Notes: generated by a model from the sequence alone, not told the origin. A DNA stretch of 47,722 bases from Chiloscyllium plagiosum (GCF_004010195.1 NW_025214631.1:1-47722); one strand, 5' to 3'; shown: positions 36,176-47,722, numbered from the stretch's first letter. Translations and numbers: made by a program.

Positions 36176-37563
36176 TAGATTCACTTGAAAGTATTTGCTT
36201 ATAATCCATTTTGGCCAAATCAAATCTGCTCTTATTAAAATCAGCCTTCCCATAGGTTAAGATCTTTGATTTCAGGCCCACTCTTGTCATTTTCCATAAC
36301 AATCTTGAAAGTAACAGAGTTATGAGCATTGTCTGCAAAGTGATTCCCCCACTGACAGCTCAACCACTTGTCCAGCTATGTTCCCTAAAATTACAGTCGT
36401 CTCTCCATCTTGTAGGGCCATTTGTGTACTGGCTTAGAAAGCTGTTTGGGATGCATTCTAACAATTCTGCCCCCTCTAAATTCAAATTTGTAATACAATC
36501 CAATCTAAAATTTTACTGTACTTAAGTACATATGACTACAATAAATCCATCAAATCAAACTCTAGCTGTATTGAGGTTGTTAGTCACTACCATCAACAGA
36601 ATAAGATGTTGATTAACAAAGGATACATGAGATAAACTGAAATTCCAGATTAATAATTCTGAATTAACCGAACCCATACACATTTGTTATATAACCACAC
36701 CAAACCAATCATAGAATAGCTAGAAATAGAGTGAACATTTCGTTGTTGTCTACAGGAAGACTGGAGGATAGCAAATGTTGTTCCCTTGTTCAAGGAGGGG
36801 AGTAGAGACAACCCTGGTCATTATAGACCAATGAGCCTTACTTCGGTTGTGGGTAAGGGTTTGGAAACATTATAAGAGATAGGATTTATAATTATCTAGA
36901 GAGGAATAAGTTGGTTAGGGATAGTCAACACAGTTTTGAGAAGGGTAGGTTGTACAATACAAACCTTTTTGAGTTCTTTGAGAAGGTGACCAAACAGGTG
37001 GATGAGGGTAAAGCAGTTGATGTGGTGTATATGGAGTTCAGTAAGGCATTTGATAAGGTTCCCCATGGTAGGCTATTGCGCAAAATACAGAGGCATGGGA
37101 TTGAGGTGATTTAGCAGTTTGGATCAGAAATTGGCTAGCTGAAAGAAGACAGAGGGTGGTGGTTGTTGGGAGATGTTCATCCTGGAGTTCAGTTACTGGT
37201 GGGGTACTGCAAGGATCTGTTTTGGGTCCACTGCTGTTTGTCATTTTAAAAATGACATGGATGAGGGCATAGAAGGATGGGTTAGTAACTTTGTGGATGA
37301 TACTAAGTTCGGTAGAGTTGTGGATATTGTCGAAGAATGTTGTAGGTTACAGAGGAACATTGATAAGCTGCAGAGCTGGGCTGAGAGGTAGCAAATGGAG
37401 TTTAATGTAGAAAAGTGTGAGGTGATTGAGTTTGGAAGGAGTAACAGGAATTCAGAGTACAGGGCTAATGGTAAGATTTTTGGTAGTGTAGATGAACAGA
37501 GAGATCTCGGTGTCCAAGTATATAGATTCTTGAAAGTTGCCACCCAGGCTGATAAGGTTATTA

Positions 37564-37688
37564 GGAGAAAGTGAGGTCTGCAGATGCTGGAGATCAGAGC
37601 TGAAAATGTGTTGCTGGAAAAGCAGAGCAGGTCAGGCAGCATCCAGGGAACAGGAGAATCGACGTTTCGGGCATAAGCCCTTCTTCAG
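37564..37688 (-). mobile_element. Family A PLE repeat insertion
   Basis: 13-bp duplication gataaggttatta at 37551-37563 and 37689-37701. Confidence 0.9.
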
Positions 37689-37690
37689 GA
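37655..37690 (-). ncRNA. Minimal hammerhead ribozyme motif with intact core
   Basis: CUGAAGA-A-GGGC-uuau-GCCC-GAAACGUC; all core nucleotides present, palindromic ACGU helix III, GUC cleavage triplet; helix I is weak or truncated by the insertion boundary. Confidence 0.7.
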
Positions 37691-38699
37691 TAAGGTTATT
37701 AAGAAGGCATACAGTGTGTTAGCTTCTATTGGTAGAGGGATTGAGTTTCAAAACCATGAGGTCATGCTGCAGCTGTACAAAACACTGGTGCAGCTGAACT
37801 TGGAGTATTGTGTACAGTTCTGGTCACCGATTATAAGAAGAATGCAGAAGCTTTAAAAAGGGTTCAGAGGAGGTTTATTGGGATTTTGCCTGGTATGGAG
37901 GGAAGCTCTTACAAGGAAAGACTGAGGGACTTGAGGCTGTTTTCATTGGAGAGAAGAAGGTTGAGAGGTAATGTAATTGAGCCATTTAAGATAATCAGGG
38001 GGTTAGATAAGTTGGACAGTGAGAACTTGTTTCCTCAGATGACGATGGCTAGCACAAGGGGGCATAGCTTTAAATTGAGGGGTGATATATATAGGACAGA
38101 TGTCAGAGGTAGTTTCTTTACTCAGAGAGTAGTAGGGGTGTGGAACACACTGCCTGCAACAGTAGTAGACTTGCCAATTTTAAGGGAATTTAAATGGTCA
38201 TTGGATACACATATGACCGAGAATGGAATAGTGTAGGTTAGATGGGCTACAGGTTGGTTTCACAGGTTGGCACAACAGTGAGGGTCGAAAGGCCTGTACT
38301 GTGCTGTATTGTTCTATGTTCTATTTTGAGTCTGGCATGATCCTTTTTCAGTCTTCCTTCCAGTTCTGAAGAATAGTTATATTGGACTCAATGTTAGCTC
38401 TATTTTTCTCTCTCCACAGATACTGTCAGATGTGCTGAGTTTCTCCAACATTCTCATTTCCAGAATCCACAAAACCTTGATTTTGTTACAGTAGAGTATC
38501 ACAGAAATAGGTTCATTTTTTCCTAGAGCTGTGACTATGCTGGTCTCACCCTCATCCAGAATGAGTAAATCCAATGGGATATGTTTTACACAGATGAAAC
38601 TCGGTAGTTTCCCATCTTTGACGAGATCTAGCTTCAAGCTGAAATGTGTGGAGGTGGAAATTGAAGCAAGGAATGGGTCACAGCTAAGTCTGTGCCTAC

Positions 38700-38754
38700 C
38701 TGCAGATACACAGAAGCTGCTGCTTCATATGACGAAAAGTGTTAGCATCCACAT
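38700..38754 (-). pseudogene. Candidate signal-peptide exon with an in-frame stop (MWMLTLFVI*SSSFCVSA-G)
   Basis: ATG at 38754, hydrophobic leader-like peptide, phase-1 donor GCAG|gtaggc compatible with the IgV exon; TGA at 38725-38727; lies in non-repetitive sequence; possible upstream acceptor tttgtcttgtacag| at 38785. Confidence 0.55.
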
Positions 38755-39599
38755 TGCTTTGTGAATGTCAAGACATTGTCTACACTGTACAAGACAAACA
38801 AAACTCTCTGCAACTTTGAAGCATGTACTAGGAAAGTGACGAAAATGTAGCAACAGGAGAAAAGGACATCTGTCTCTGATAACTGCAAACACTGAGACAT
38901 TTTCTTAACCATCTGTTCCCAAATTGAACAGCTATAGAAATGCTGTGGGATTTTGCACTGTTTGACTGCATTGACAACACAGCAGCCTTGCCATGCAAAC
39001 GAGAAAAAAGATCACGATAACTCCAGGTGATGTTGCTGCAGGACAAATCAGATCTCGGATTGCAATCTGGCTTGATAGATCAGATTTTTTTTATTATCTT
39101 AGTTAACATGGTGGTAGATTGCTGAAATATAGTCACCAATTCTGCAGAGGTTTCTTTGACAACAGAACTGAAGAAAAAGAAACAAATCTATCTTAATATA
39201 AAACATAGTTTGAAAGATCTTAAATCACACAGAAAAATAAAGTCTAATTCCATTTTCCAACATTTTCCATCACAGAGACTCAAATCTGGAGAAATTACAT
39301 CTCTGTTGTCAAAACTATAAATTCAATTTAATTGATTCCGCCCAGTTGTTTCCAGGGAACTGTGGTGTCTTCTTACATGACTATTCACAGGACTTCAAGT
39401 TTACACTTTCGCACCTCATAACAACCCAAAGAACTTGATTTTATTGTACTATGTTTGAAAGTTTCACAAGCAAATCTTTTACAGCCAGGTGGCTGTGTTT
39501 AACCTGAACTGTCCTATTCCCTTTTATAGGTGAGAAACTATTTGTTTCTGACTGTAGTCAGGTCTCCTTTGAACTACATTGAAATCTTCCAGTCTCTGG

Positions 39600-40525
39600 A
39601 TTTTCTAAGTTAAAATCAATACTTGAATATCCAGAACTGAAAGCAAACTCATAACCTGCAATGTTTACCCAACTTGCCAATCTTTGCATGGCTCAAAGAT
39701 TGGTGTGAGAGAAATGGGTTTGAATTCATGGGGCATTGGCACCAGTATTGGGGAAGATGAGACAGCTTTATCTGAAAAATACTGGGATCAGAATCCTAGT
39801 GAATTGCATAACCTGGGGCTGTAGATAGGGCTTTAAACGAAATGGGGGAGAGTTTTTGGTGGGGGTGGGGGGGAGGTGGGGTTGACTCAGTTATAGGGGA
39901 AATTAGAAAACCCAAATTAAAGGAGGTAAGAGTGCCAAGCTCAGGAGAGGTTTTTAAAATCTCCACCACAGACACAAATAGGACAGAGCGTATGGAAAGG
40001 GTTAGCAATCAAACTTCAAGCACACTGGATAAACGAATGACAATGAAAAGAGGGACGGTTAATACAAGACTGAAGGTGCTATATCTGAATGCACAACGGT
40101 ATTAGGAATAAGGTAAATGAGCTTGTGGAGCAGATTTAAATTAGCATGTATGACGTGGTGGACATCACGGAGACGTGGGTGCAAGGGAATCAGGATTGGG
40201 CACTGAATATTCAAGGATATACATCCTGTTGAAAAGACAGGAGGGAATGTGGTTTCCCTGTTGTAAGAAATGAAATTTACTCAATAGTAAGAAACACAGT
40301 AGGGTCAGTTGGTGTAGAACCTGTCTGGGTAGAGTTGCGGAACCGCAAAGGTGAACAAAACCAAAGTCCGATTTGTGTATTGACGTCCAAACAGTAGTCA
40401 GGAACGGGGCGCAAGATACACCAGGAGATAGAAACGATGTATAGAAAAGGCAAAGTTATAGTGATCATGGGGGATTTCAATTTGCAGGTGGACTGGGAAA
40501 GTCAGGTTGATAGTGGATTGCAAGT
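39600..40525 (+). mobile_element. Older CR1-type LINE 5' fragment (ORF1 end and endonuclease start)
   Basis: WCERNGFEFMGHWHQYWGR-like ORF1 end; LKVLYLNAQ; atcatgggggatttcaat (MGDFN). Confidence 0.8.
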
Positions 40526-42547
40526 GGTGTGCAGCCAGAAGTCGTGGTGCACATTGGCACCAACGACATAGGCAGGAAGAGGGGTGGGGAGGTCATTCAG
40601 GAGCTCAGGGAGTTAGGCTGGAAGCTAAAAGCTAGGATGGACAGAGTCATCATCTCTGGGTTGTTGCTGGTGCCACGTGACAGTGAGGCAAGGAATAGGG
40701 AGAAAGTGCAGTTGAACACGTGGCTGCAAGGATGGTATAGGAAGGAGGGCTTCAGGTATTTGGACAATTGGACTGCATTCTGGGGAAGGTGGGACCTGTA
40801 CAAGCAGGACGGGTTGCACCTGAACCAGAAGGGCACCAATATCCTGGGAGGTAGGTTTGCTAGCACTCTTTGGGAGGGATTAGGAGAGCTAAGAGAGGGC
40901 ATGAAAAATCTTTGGTGGGTAGGATCAAGGATAACCCCAAGGCATTTTATGCATATGTGAGAAACATGAGAACGAGGGTAGGTCCGATCAAGGTGGATGG
41001 GATCCGGACTTGTAGTCCAGCAAGTAGGCTAGCTGTTTGTCAGGCTGTTCAAGAATGTAGCACTGTGAAGAAGGTAGCACTGACAGGGAGTACTTGCGGA
41101 CACAGAGATGGGTTCAAGTGTGTATACTTCAACGCAAGGAGTATCAGAAATAAGGTGGGTGAACTTAAGGCGTGGATCGGTACCTGGGACTACGATCTTG
41201 TGGCCATCACGGAAACGTGGATAGAAGAGGGACAGGAATGGTTGTTGGAGGTTCCTGGTTACAGATGTTTCAGTAAGATTAGGGAGGGTGGGAAAAAAGG
41301 AGGAGGGGTGGCATTGCTAATTAGAAATGGTATAACGGCTGCAGAAAGGAAGTTTGAGGGGGATCTGCCTCTGGAGGTAGTATGGGCTGAAGTCAGAAAT
41401 AGGAAAGGTGCAGTCACCTTGTTGGGTGTTTACTATAGGCCCCCCAATAGCAGCAGAGATGTGGAGGAACAGATTGGGAAACAGATTTTGGAAAGGTGCA
41501 GAAGCCACAGGGTAGTCGTCATGGGTGATTTCAACTTCCCAAATATTGATTGGAAGCTCTTTAGATCAAGTAGATTGGATGGGGCGGTGTTTGCGCAGTG
41601 TGTACAGGAAGCTTTTCTAACGCAGTATGTAGATTGTCCGACCAGAGGGGAGGCCATATTGGATTTGGTACTCGGTAATGAACCGGGACAAGTGATGGGC
41701 TTGTTAGTGGGTGAACATTTTGGTGATGGTGACCACAATTCTGTGACTTTCACCTTGGTTATGGAGAGAGATAGGTGTGTGCAACAGGGTAGGCTTTACA
41801 ATTGGGGGAAGGGTAAATACGATGCTGCAAGAGAGGATCTGAGGAGCATAGGTTGGGACCATAGGCTGTCAGGGAAGGATGTCATTGAAATGTGGAACTT
41901 TTTCGAGGAACAGATACAACGTGTCCTTGATATGTATGTACCTGTCAGGCAGGAAAGAGATGGTCGTGTGAGGGAACCTTGGTTGACGAGGGAGGTTGAA
42001 GGTCTTGTAAAGAGGAAGAAGGAGGCTTACATAAGGCTGAGGAAACAAGGTTCAGACAGAGCATTGGAGGGATACAGGATAGCCAGGAGGGAGCTGAAGA
42101 AAGGAGCTAAAGATCTTTGGCGGGTAGGATCAAGGATAACCCCAAGGCCTTTTATGCATATGTGAGAAACATGAGAATGACGAGAACGAGGGTAGGTCCG
42201 ATCAAGGACCGTAGTGGGAGACTGTGTATTGAGTCGGAAGAGATAGGAGAGGTCTTGAATGAGTACTTTTCTTCAGGATTTACAAATGAGAGGACCGTAT
42301 TGTTGAAGAGGAGAGTGTGAAATGGACTGGTAAGCTCGAGGAGATACTTGTTAGGAAGGAAGATGTGTTGGGCATTTTGAAAAACTTGAGGATGGACAAG
42401 TCCCCCGGCCTGACGGGATATATCCTAGGATTATGTGGGAAGCAAGAGAGGAAATTGCGAGCCGTTGGCAATGATCTTTTCGTCTTCACTGTCAACAGGG
42501 GTGGTACCAGGGGACTGGAGAGTGGCGAATGTTGTGCCCCTGTTCAG
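40526..42547 (+). mobile_element. CR1-type LINE with ORF1 SGNH-esterase segment and ORF2 endonuclease, 3'-truncated
   Basis: 40529: VVVHIGTNDIG..DGLHLN (SGNH block III GxND and block V DxxH); 40870-42165 endonuclease motifs; ends at NVVPLF. Confidence 0.93.
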
Positions 42548-43394
42548 ACAAATTTCATCACTAGATCAATGAATTTTTTCAGAGCTGGCATATAATGTTT
42601 TGTCAAACATTTTACCACACAAGCTCAGGCTATTTGTAAAGTGTAAACAAATCAAAAATAAAGGTGTTCTTCACCTATTTACTGTGTCACTGCATTTTCA
42701 TTTTTAAAAATGTAGATTGGATTTGTATTGAGTTACACAGCAGCTACTTAGTCCATCCTGGAGCTTCACTTGACACAGTGTACCTTCCACCCACCACACA
42801 ACTCCACAATGAATTTTAATACCATTTCATTGCCAGATCTGTAGGCAGCACATTGCAACAATTGGATGATGAATACTTCAGTTCTTCACAAATAAGCAGG
42901 ATACAGACTTTGCTCAAACAATCACACTTGTAGAAATCAAAAATAAAAGGGTTTCAGTGTGGGTTTGTCTTTTCAGGTTAGCCCAGGCCAGTCTTTGTCG
43001 TGTTTCTTCAAGCTGTGTTTTTTGATATTATGTACGTGACAATTGACAGGCGATTATTATTTCCTTGAACATTCTATCTCTGGAGTTGATCCAGTTTTGA
43101 ATAGGAGTTGTTGAAGCCACATTGACTGAGAATGCAATAAATATGCTCATCACTCTCAACTCCTGGTCAAGTGGGATTTTCCCAGAAGCCATTATTGATT
43201 TTAAATTCAATGAGAAGAATACTGTTGCTGTTACTGTTACTGCCCTAGTTGTAATCAACATAGGATGCAGGATTTACCTCCATCTGAACAACTTAATGGA
43301 TTTGTGTTGGGGTCAATGCAGAGGCACAGCTGACCATTTAGTTTTGGAATGGTGACCAGATTGAATCATCATTGAGTTGGTTGAGTGATACAGT

Positions 43395-44230
43395 ATATGG
43401 ATGCACAAATAAGGAGTAATTGTAGCCCTTTCAGCCCTTCTAGCCTGGTCCATCGTTCAATAATGTCATTGCTGATCTGATTGTAATCTCGAATCGATAT
43501 TCCTGCCTATCCTGAAAACTTTTCATCCCTTTGTTTAGCAAGAATTATATCCATCTTAACCTTACGAATAGTCAGGTCTTTGCTTTTACACCTTTTAGCA
43601 GGAGAGTTCCAAAGTCTTACAATTCTGTCTGAGAAGAAAGTCGCCTCATCCCTGTTTTAAATGATTTTTTAAAAGTGATCTGTCATCTGAGGTTCTCCCA
43701 AGTGTGGAAACATTTTCCGGATTCCTCCCATCAGGACCCGTCAGGAGTTTAAATGTTTCAATCAGGTTGTCTGTTTTGTCCAATTTATTTGAGTTCTTTA
43801 AAGCAGTAACATGTCATAGAGATGTACATCATGGAAATATGGTGAATTAGTCAATATATTACATTTAGATTTTCAAAAGGCATTTGATAAGACGCCACAT
43901 GAAAGGTTATTGTGGAAAATAAAAGGTCTTGGTGTAAGGGGGTAATATTTTGGTCTGGAGAGAAAATTAGCTGACTAACAGGAAGCAGAGAGCCGGAAGG
44001 AAGTTGGAAGAATGTCATGAGTGGCGTGTCACAGGAAACAGCGCTGGGTTGGGCAAGAGTGGGTAAATATGAGAAAACAGAATGTGCAAAAATATGAAAT
44101 TGAACTTTTTGGCAGGAAAAAGAAATATCAGAATGATGAGAGATTGCAGAAATGTAATTGGATCTGGGTGTCATGTTTTTATGAAACTCAGAAGGTTCGC
44201 ACATAGATAAAACAAATAATTTAGAAAGCT
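43395..44230. mobile_element. Two old LINE fragments (minus ~43395-43770, plus ~43770-44230)
   Basis: ttagattttcaaaaggcatttgataagacgccacat ([12 protein letters not shown]); 3' UTR complement at 43405-43460. Confidence 0.7.
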
Positions 44231-44514
44231 TTTCAAAAATTCATTCAGGGATATGGGTGTCATTGACTGGCCCAGCAGTACTGTCCACCCCTAATTGCAA
44301 AAAATAATTACCGTTCCCTAATAGTTTTGTGGGTATATCTGCACTTGGACTACAGCAGTTCAGGGAGGCAGCTCACTACCACTTTCTTAAGGGGCAGACA
44401 ATAAATGTTGGGCTCACCCCAGCATTAACCACATCTCGTGAGTGAATATAAAACTGGTTAAAGGATGTTTGAGCAGAGTGGATTTGAGAACAACTCTGTC
44501 CTGTTCTCAAAGAA

Positions 44515-44600
44515 TTCAGAATAGGAAGGGTCACTGGACCTGAAATGTTAATTTTGATTTCTCTTCACAGATGCTGCCAGACCTGCTGAGGTTTTCCAGG
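44515..44600 (+). mobile_element. Family B PLE repeat fragment
   Basis: gaagggtcactggacctgaaatgttaa..cacagatgctgccagacctgctgag. Confidence 0.65.
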
Positions 44601-45411
44601 CTGCTTAGGAGTGATACTTATTATCTTACAACAAAAGGGAAGCCGATCCAGTCAATCAAATCTGTGTAATTGTCTGGCTGCTTAACTTTAGCCAAATGCT
44701 TTACCTATTAAAAACAACTTTCAGAAATGTTTTATGCATTCCAAAACACTGCTGATGTTAGTGTTTCAATTCAATCTTTCAGGATCCAGTCTCTTGAACT
44801 AAGAATATTGTGGGATTTAAACAAAGGAGTTGAGGGACAGATAACCCATTATTGAAATGACAGGGAGGCCCAGATACAAGGGGCCATACGGCTTCCTGTT
44901 GTTCCTCATGATCCTACAAATTTGTGAATTTACCAGAAAATCTTTAACATTAAGGTTGAAAAGTAAATTATCTGTTTAATGGGCATTTGACACTCTGGCT
45001 GGTCTAACAGTTTCTAATTGAATAAGACAAACACTCACAGGCCTTTCTGATTGGAATGAACTTTCAACATTCCCTGTTCAACCTTCCTGTTGAGAAAAGC
45101 CCCAGAGAATGAGTGAAATTGAAAGTCCCTCTTGGTGTCATATAGTCAGAGTTCCTCATAGTGAACCATTACCGAGAATAAATTATTGTTCTTTAGACAT
45201 GGCAGACTGACTTTCTCTTCAGAATCACAGAATAATTAAAAACCAGAAGGAGGACATTCTACCCGTCATGAAAGTGCAACTCTCCAAATGAGAAATTCAC
45301 TGAGTGCCATTCAACCATCTCAGCCATTACATTCCAGATCCTAACCACTCAAATGAACCTGGTTGTTGGAGGTTAGTTATCTCAGATCCAGGACATCTCT
45401 GCAGAAGTTAT

Positions 45412-46050
45412 GAAAGAGAGAAGTGCAGCACAGGAACAGGCCCTTCGGCCCTCCAAGCGTGTGCCAATCATCATGCCCTGACTAAACTGAAAAACAAACC
45501 TTCTGCCCTTATTTGATCCGTATCCTTCTATTCCCTCCCTATTCATGTAACCATCCAGATGCCTCTTAAATGTCACCAATGTGCCTGCTTCCACCATCTC
45601 TTCTTGCAGTGCACTTCAGGCTCCTATCACTCTCTGCATGAAAAACATCTCTCACACATCTCTCTTAAACTTTCCCCATCTCACCTTGAACCTGTGCCAC
45701 CCCTCCTTGTAATTGAAGCTTCAACCCTGGGAAAAAGCCCCTGACTATCTACCCTATCTATGCCTCTCATAATTGTGTAGACCTCTATCAGATCTCCTCT
45801 CAGCTGTATTCTTTCCAGTGAAAACAATCCTTTTTTTTAACATTTCCTCATAACCAATGCCCTCAAGACCAGGCAACATCCTGGTGAACCTTCTCTGCAC
45901 TCTCCAAAGCTTCCAAATTCTTCCAGAGGTGTGGCAACCAAAACTGCACACAATATTCCAAATGCAGCCAATCTCAGGTTTTATAAAGCTGCAACATGGT
46001 TTGCCAACTCTTGTACTCTATGCCCAGGCCAACAAAGATATGTCTGCTAT
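45412..46050 (-). mobile_element. CR1-type LINE 3' portion
   Basis: RVQRRFTRMLPGLEG; VEAGTLVTFKRHLDGYM. Confidence 0.85.
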
Positions 46051-46054
46051 ATAT

Positions 46055-46310
46055 GTGAAATTGAGGACTGCAGATGCTGGAGATCAGAGTCAAGAGTGTA
46101 GTGCTGGAAAAGCACAGCAAGTCAGGCAGTATCTGAGGAGCAGGAGAATCAACATTTCGTGCCAAAGCTCTTAATCAGAATCCTGACAAAGGGCTTTTGC
46201 CCGAAATGTCGATTTTCCTGCTCCTCGGATGCTGCCTAAACTGCTGTGCTTTTCCAGCACCACTCTAATCCAGAATCTGGTTTCCAGCATCTTCAGTCAT
46301 TGTTTTTAAC
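46055..46310. mobile_element. Head-to-head inverted pair of family A PLE repeats
   Basis: Arms of about 125 bp centred near 46180; degenerate hammerhead on each strand. Confidence 0.85.
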
Positions 46311-46315
46311 CAACA

Positions 46316-46382
46316 CTGACGGCACAACATCGTGGGCTGAAGGGCCTGTTCTGTGCTGTACTGTTCTATGTTCTATGTTCTA
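46316..46382 (+). mobile_element. LINE 3' tail fragment
   Basis: Matches 11863-11924. Confidence 0.85.
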
Positions 46383-47400
46383 ACATAGAAGTACAGGCCC
46401 TTCGGCCCTCGATGTTGCGCCGACCTGTCATACTAATCTGAAGCCCATCCCACCTACACTATTCCATGTACGTCCATATGCCTGTCCAACTTGGTGAATA
46501 TACTACCGTTGCAGGCAAAGCATTCCATACCCTTACTACTCTCTGAGTAAAGAAACTACCTATGATATCTGTCTTATACCTATCCCCCCTCACTTTAAAG
46601 TTGTGTCCCCTCGTGTTTGCTGTTCCCATACTTGGAAAAAGGATCTCCCTGACCACCCTATCTAACCCTCTGATTATCGTATATGTCTCTATTAAGTCAC
46701 CTCTCAACCTTCTTCTCTCTAACGAGAACAGTCTCAAGGCCCTCAGCCTTTCCTCATAAGACATTCCTTCCATACCAAGCAACATCCTAGTAAATCTCCT
46801 CTGCACCCTTTCCAAAGCTTCCACATCCTTCTTATAATGCGGTGACCAGAACTGTACACAATACTCCAAGTGTGGCCATACCAGAGCTTTATACAGCTGC
46901 AGCATAACCTCCTGGTTCCGGAACTCAATCCCTCTATTAATAAAGGCCAAAACACTGTATGCTTTCTTAACAACCCTGTCAATCTGGGTGGCAACTTTCA
47001 GGGATCTGTGTACATGGACACCGAGATCTCTCTGCTCATCTGCACTCCTATGAATCTTACCATTAGCCCAGTACTTTGCATTCCGATTACTCCGTCCAAA
47101 GTGTATCACCTCACACTTGTCCACATTAAACTCCATTTGCCACCTCTCAGCCCAGCTCTGCATCCTACTACATCCTTTGTCACTATCCACAACTCCACCA
47201 ACCTTAATGTCGTCCGCAAATTTACTAACCCACCCTTCTAAGCCTTCATCCAGGTCATTTATAAAAATGATGAACAGCAGTGGACCCAACACCGACCCTT
47301 GTGGTACACCGCTAGTAACTGGACACCAAGATGAACATGTTCCATCAACTACAACCCTCTGTTTTCTTTCCACAAGCCAATTACTGATCCAAACTGCTAA
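46383..47400 (-). mobile_element. CR1-type LINE RT C-terminal half
   Basis: Minus ORF 46459-47373 ([20 protein letters not shown]). Confidence 0.93.
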
Positions 47401-47722
47401 CAGGGCTAACAGTTCGATAGTTTGGGGAGTAATACCACACCAGTCTCCACCAACTTGATAAAGTACCCCATCTCAGATCAAGACCACTGCTCTCAGGGGA
47501 AGCGAACGTTGGAATGGTTTGCTGGAATGCTTACTGGGATTATGTATGGAGTTGGGTGTGTGGAGCACAAGGAACGGGAAGAGAGACAGAGAGAAATATA
47601 GGGAGTGAAGGAAGGAGTAAATGCAGTGACATCCAGTGAGTTATGGAGAGTAAGCAGAGACTTTTGTTAAAGCAGAGGCTCAGTTGCTAGCTATCTGAAG
47701 CTTCAACACATGGCGACTTTAC

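Larger units (their letters stand above)
36745..38325 (+). mobile_element. CR1-type LINE RT and 3' end, disrupted
   Basis: [33 protein letters not shown]; tail tgttctatgttctat. Confidence 0.9.

Noticed and set aside
38725..38727. Selenocysteine reading of the leader TGA
   Set aside because: No SECIS identifiable, and Sec in a cleaved signal peptide is implausible.
43028..43355. Short ORFs on both strands
   Set aside because: No homology recognised and no convincing splice signals.
572..47458. Numerous antisense ORFs overlapping LINEs (e.g. 4429-4824, 27157-27639, 47117-47458)
   Set aside because: Shadow frames of LINE ORF2, recurring in each copy; not independent genes.
47600..47722. Possible gene start (caacacATGGCG) at the window edge
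   Set aside because: Only a few codons are visible; cannot be supported.

Overview
Vertebrate genomic DNA, most likely from a shark or other elasmobranch (inferred from HE1-like tRNA-derived SINEs and CR1/HER1-like LINEs). Most of the window is nested retroelement debris: many CR1-type LINE copies on both strands (one nearly intact at 25.4-28.7 kb), two tRNA-derived SINE families, Penelope-like element (PLE) fragments, a ~2.8 kb degenerate ~28-bp tandem array and two assembly gaps. One host gene runs on the minus strand: a CD2/SLAM/HEPACAM-like Ig-superfamily gene with a Cys-less IgV exon (16405-16749) splicing in phase 1 to an IgC2 exon (7838-8113). It has two candidate leader exons: 38700-38754, which carries an in-frame TGA, and 24253-24337, which is open. 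No transmembrane exon was found in the window. The most notable signal is about 15 short PLE terminal-repeat insertions from at least 3 sequence families, many with a recognisable minimal hammerhead ribozyme core (CUGANGA-stem II-GAAA-palindrome-UH). Several are flanked by 11-17 bp target-site duplications, and several form head-to-head inverted pairs. Most ORFs in the supplied track are LINE fragments or their antisense shadows.
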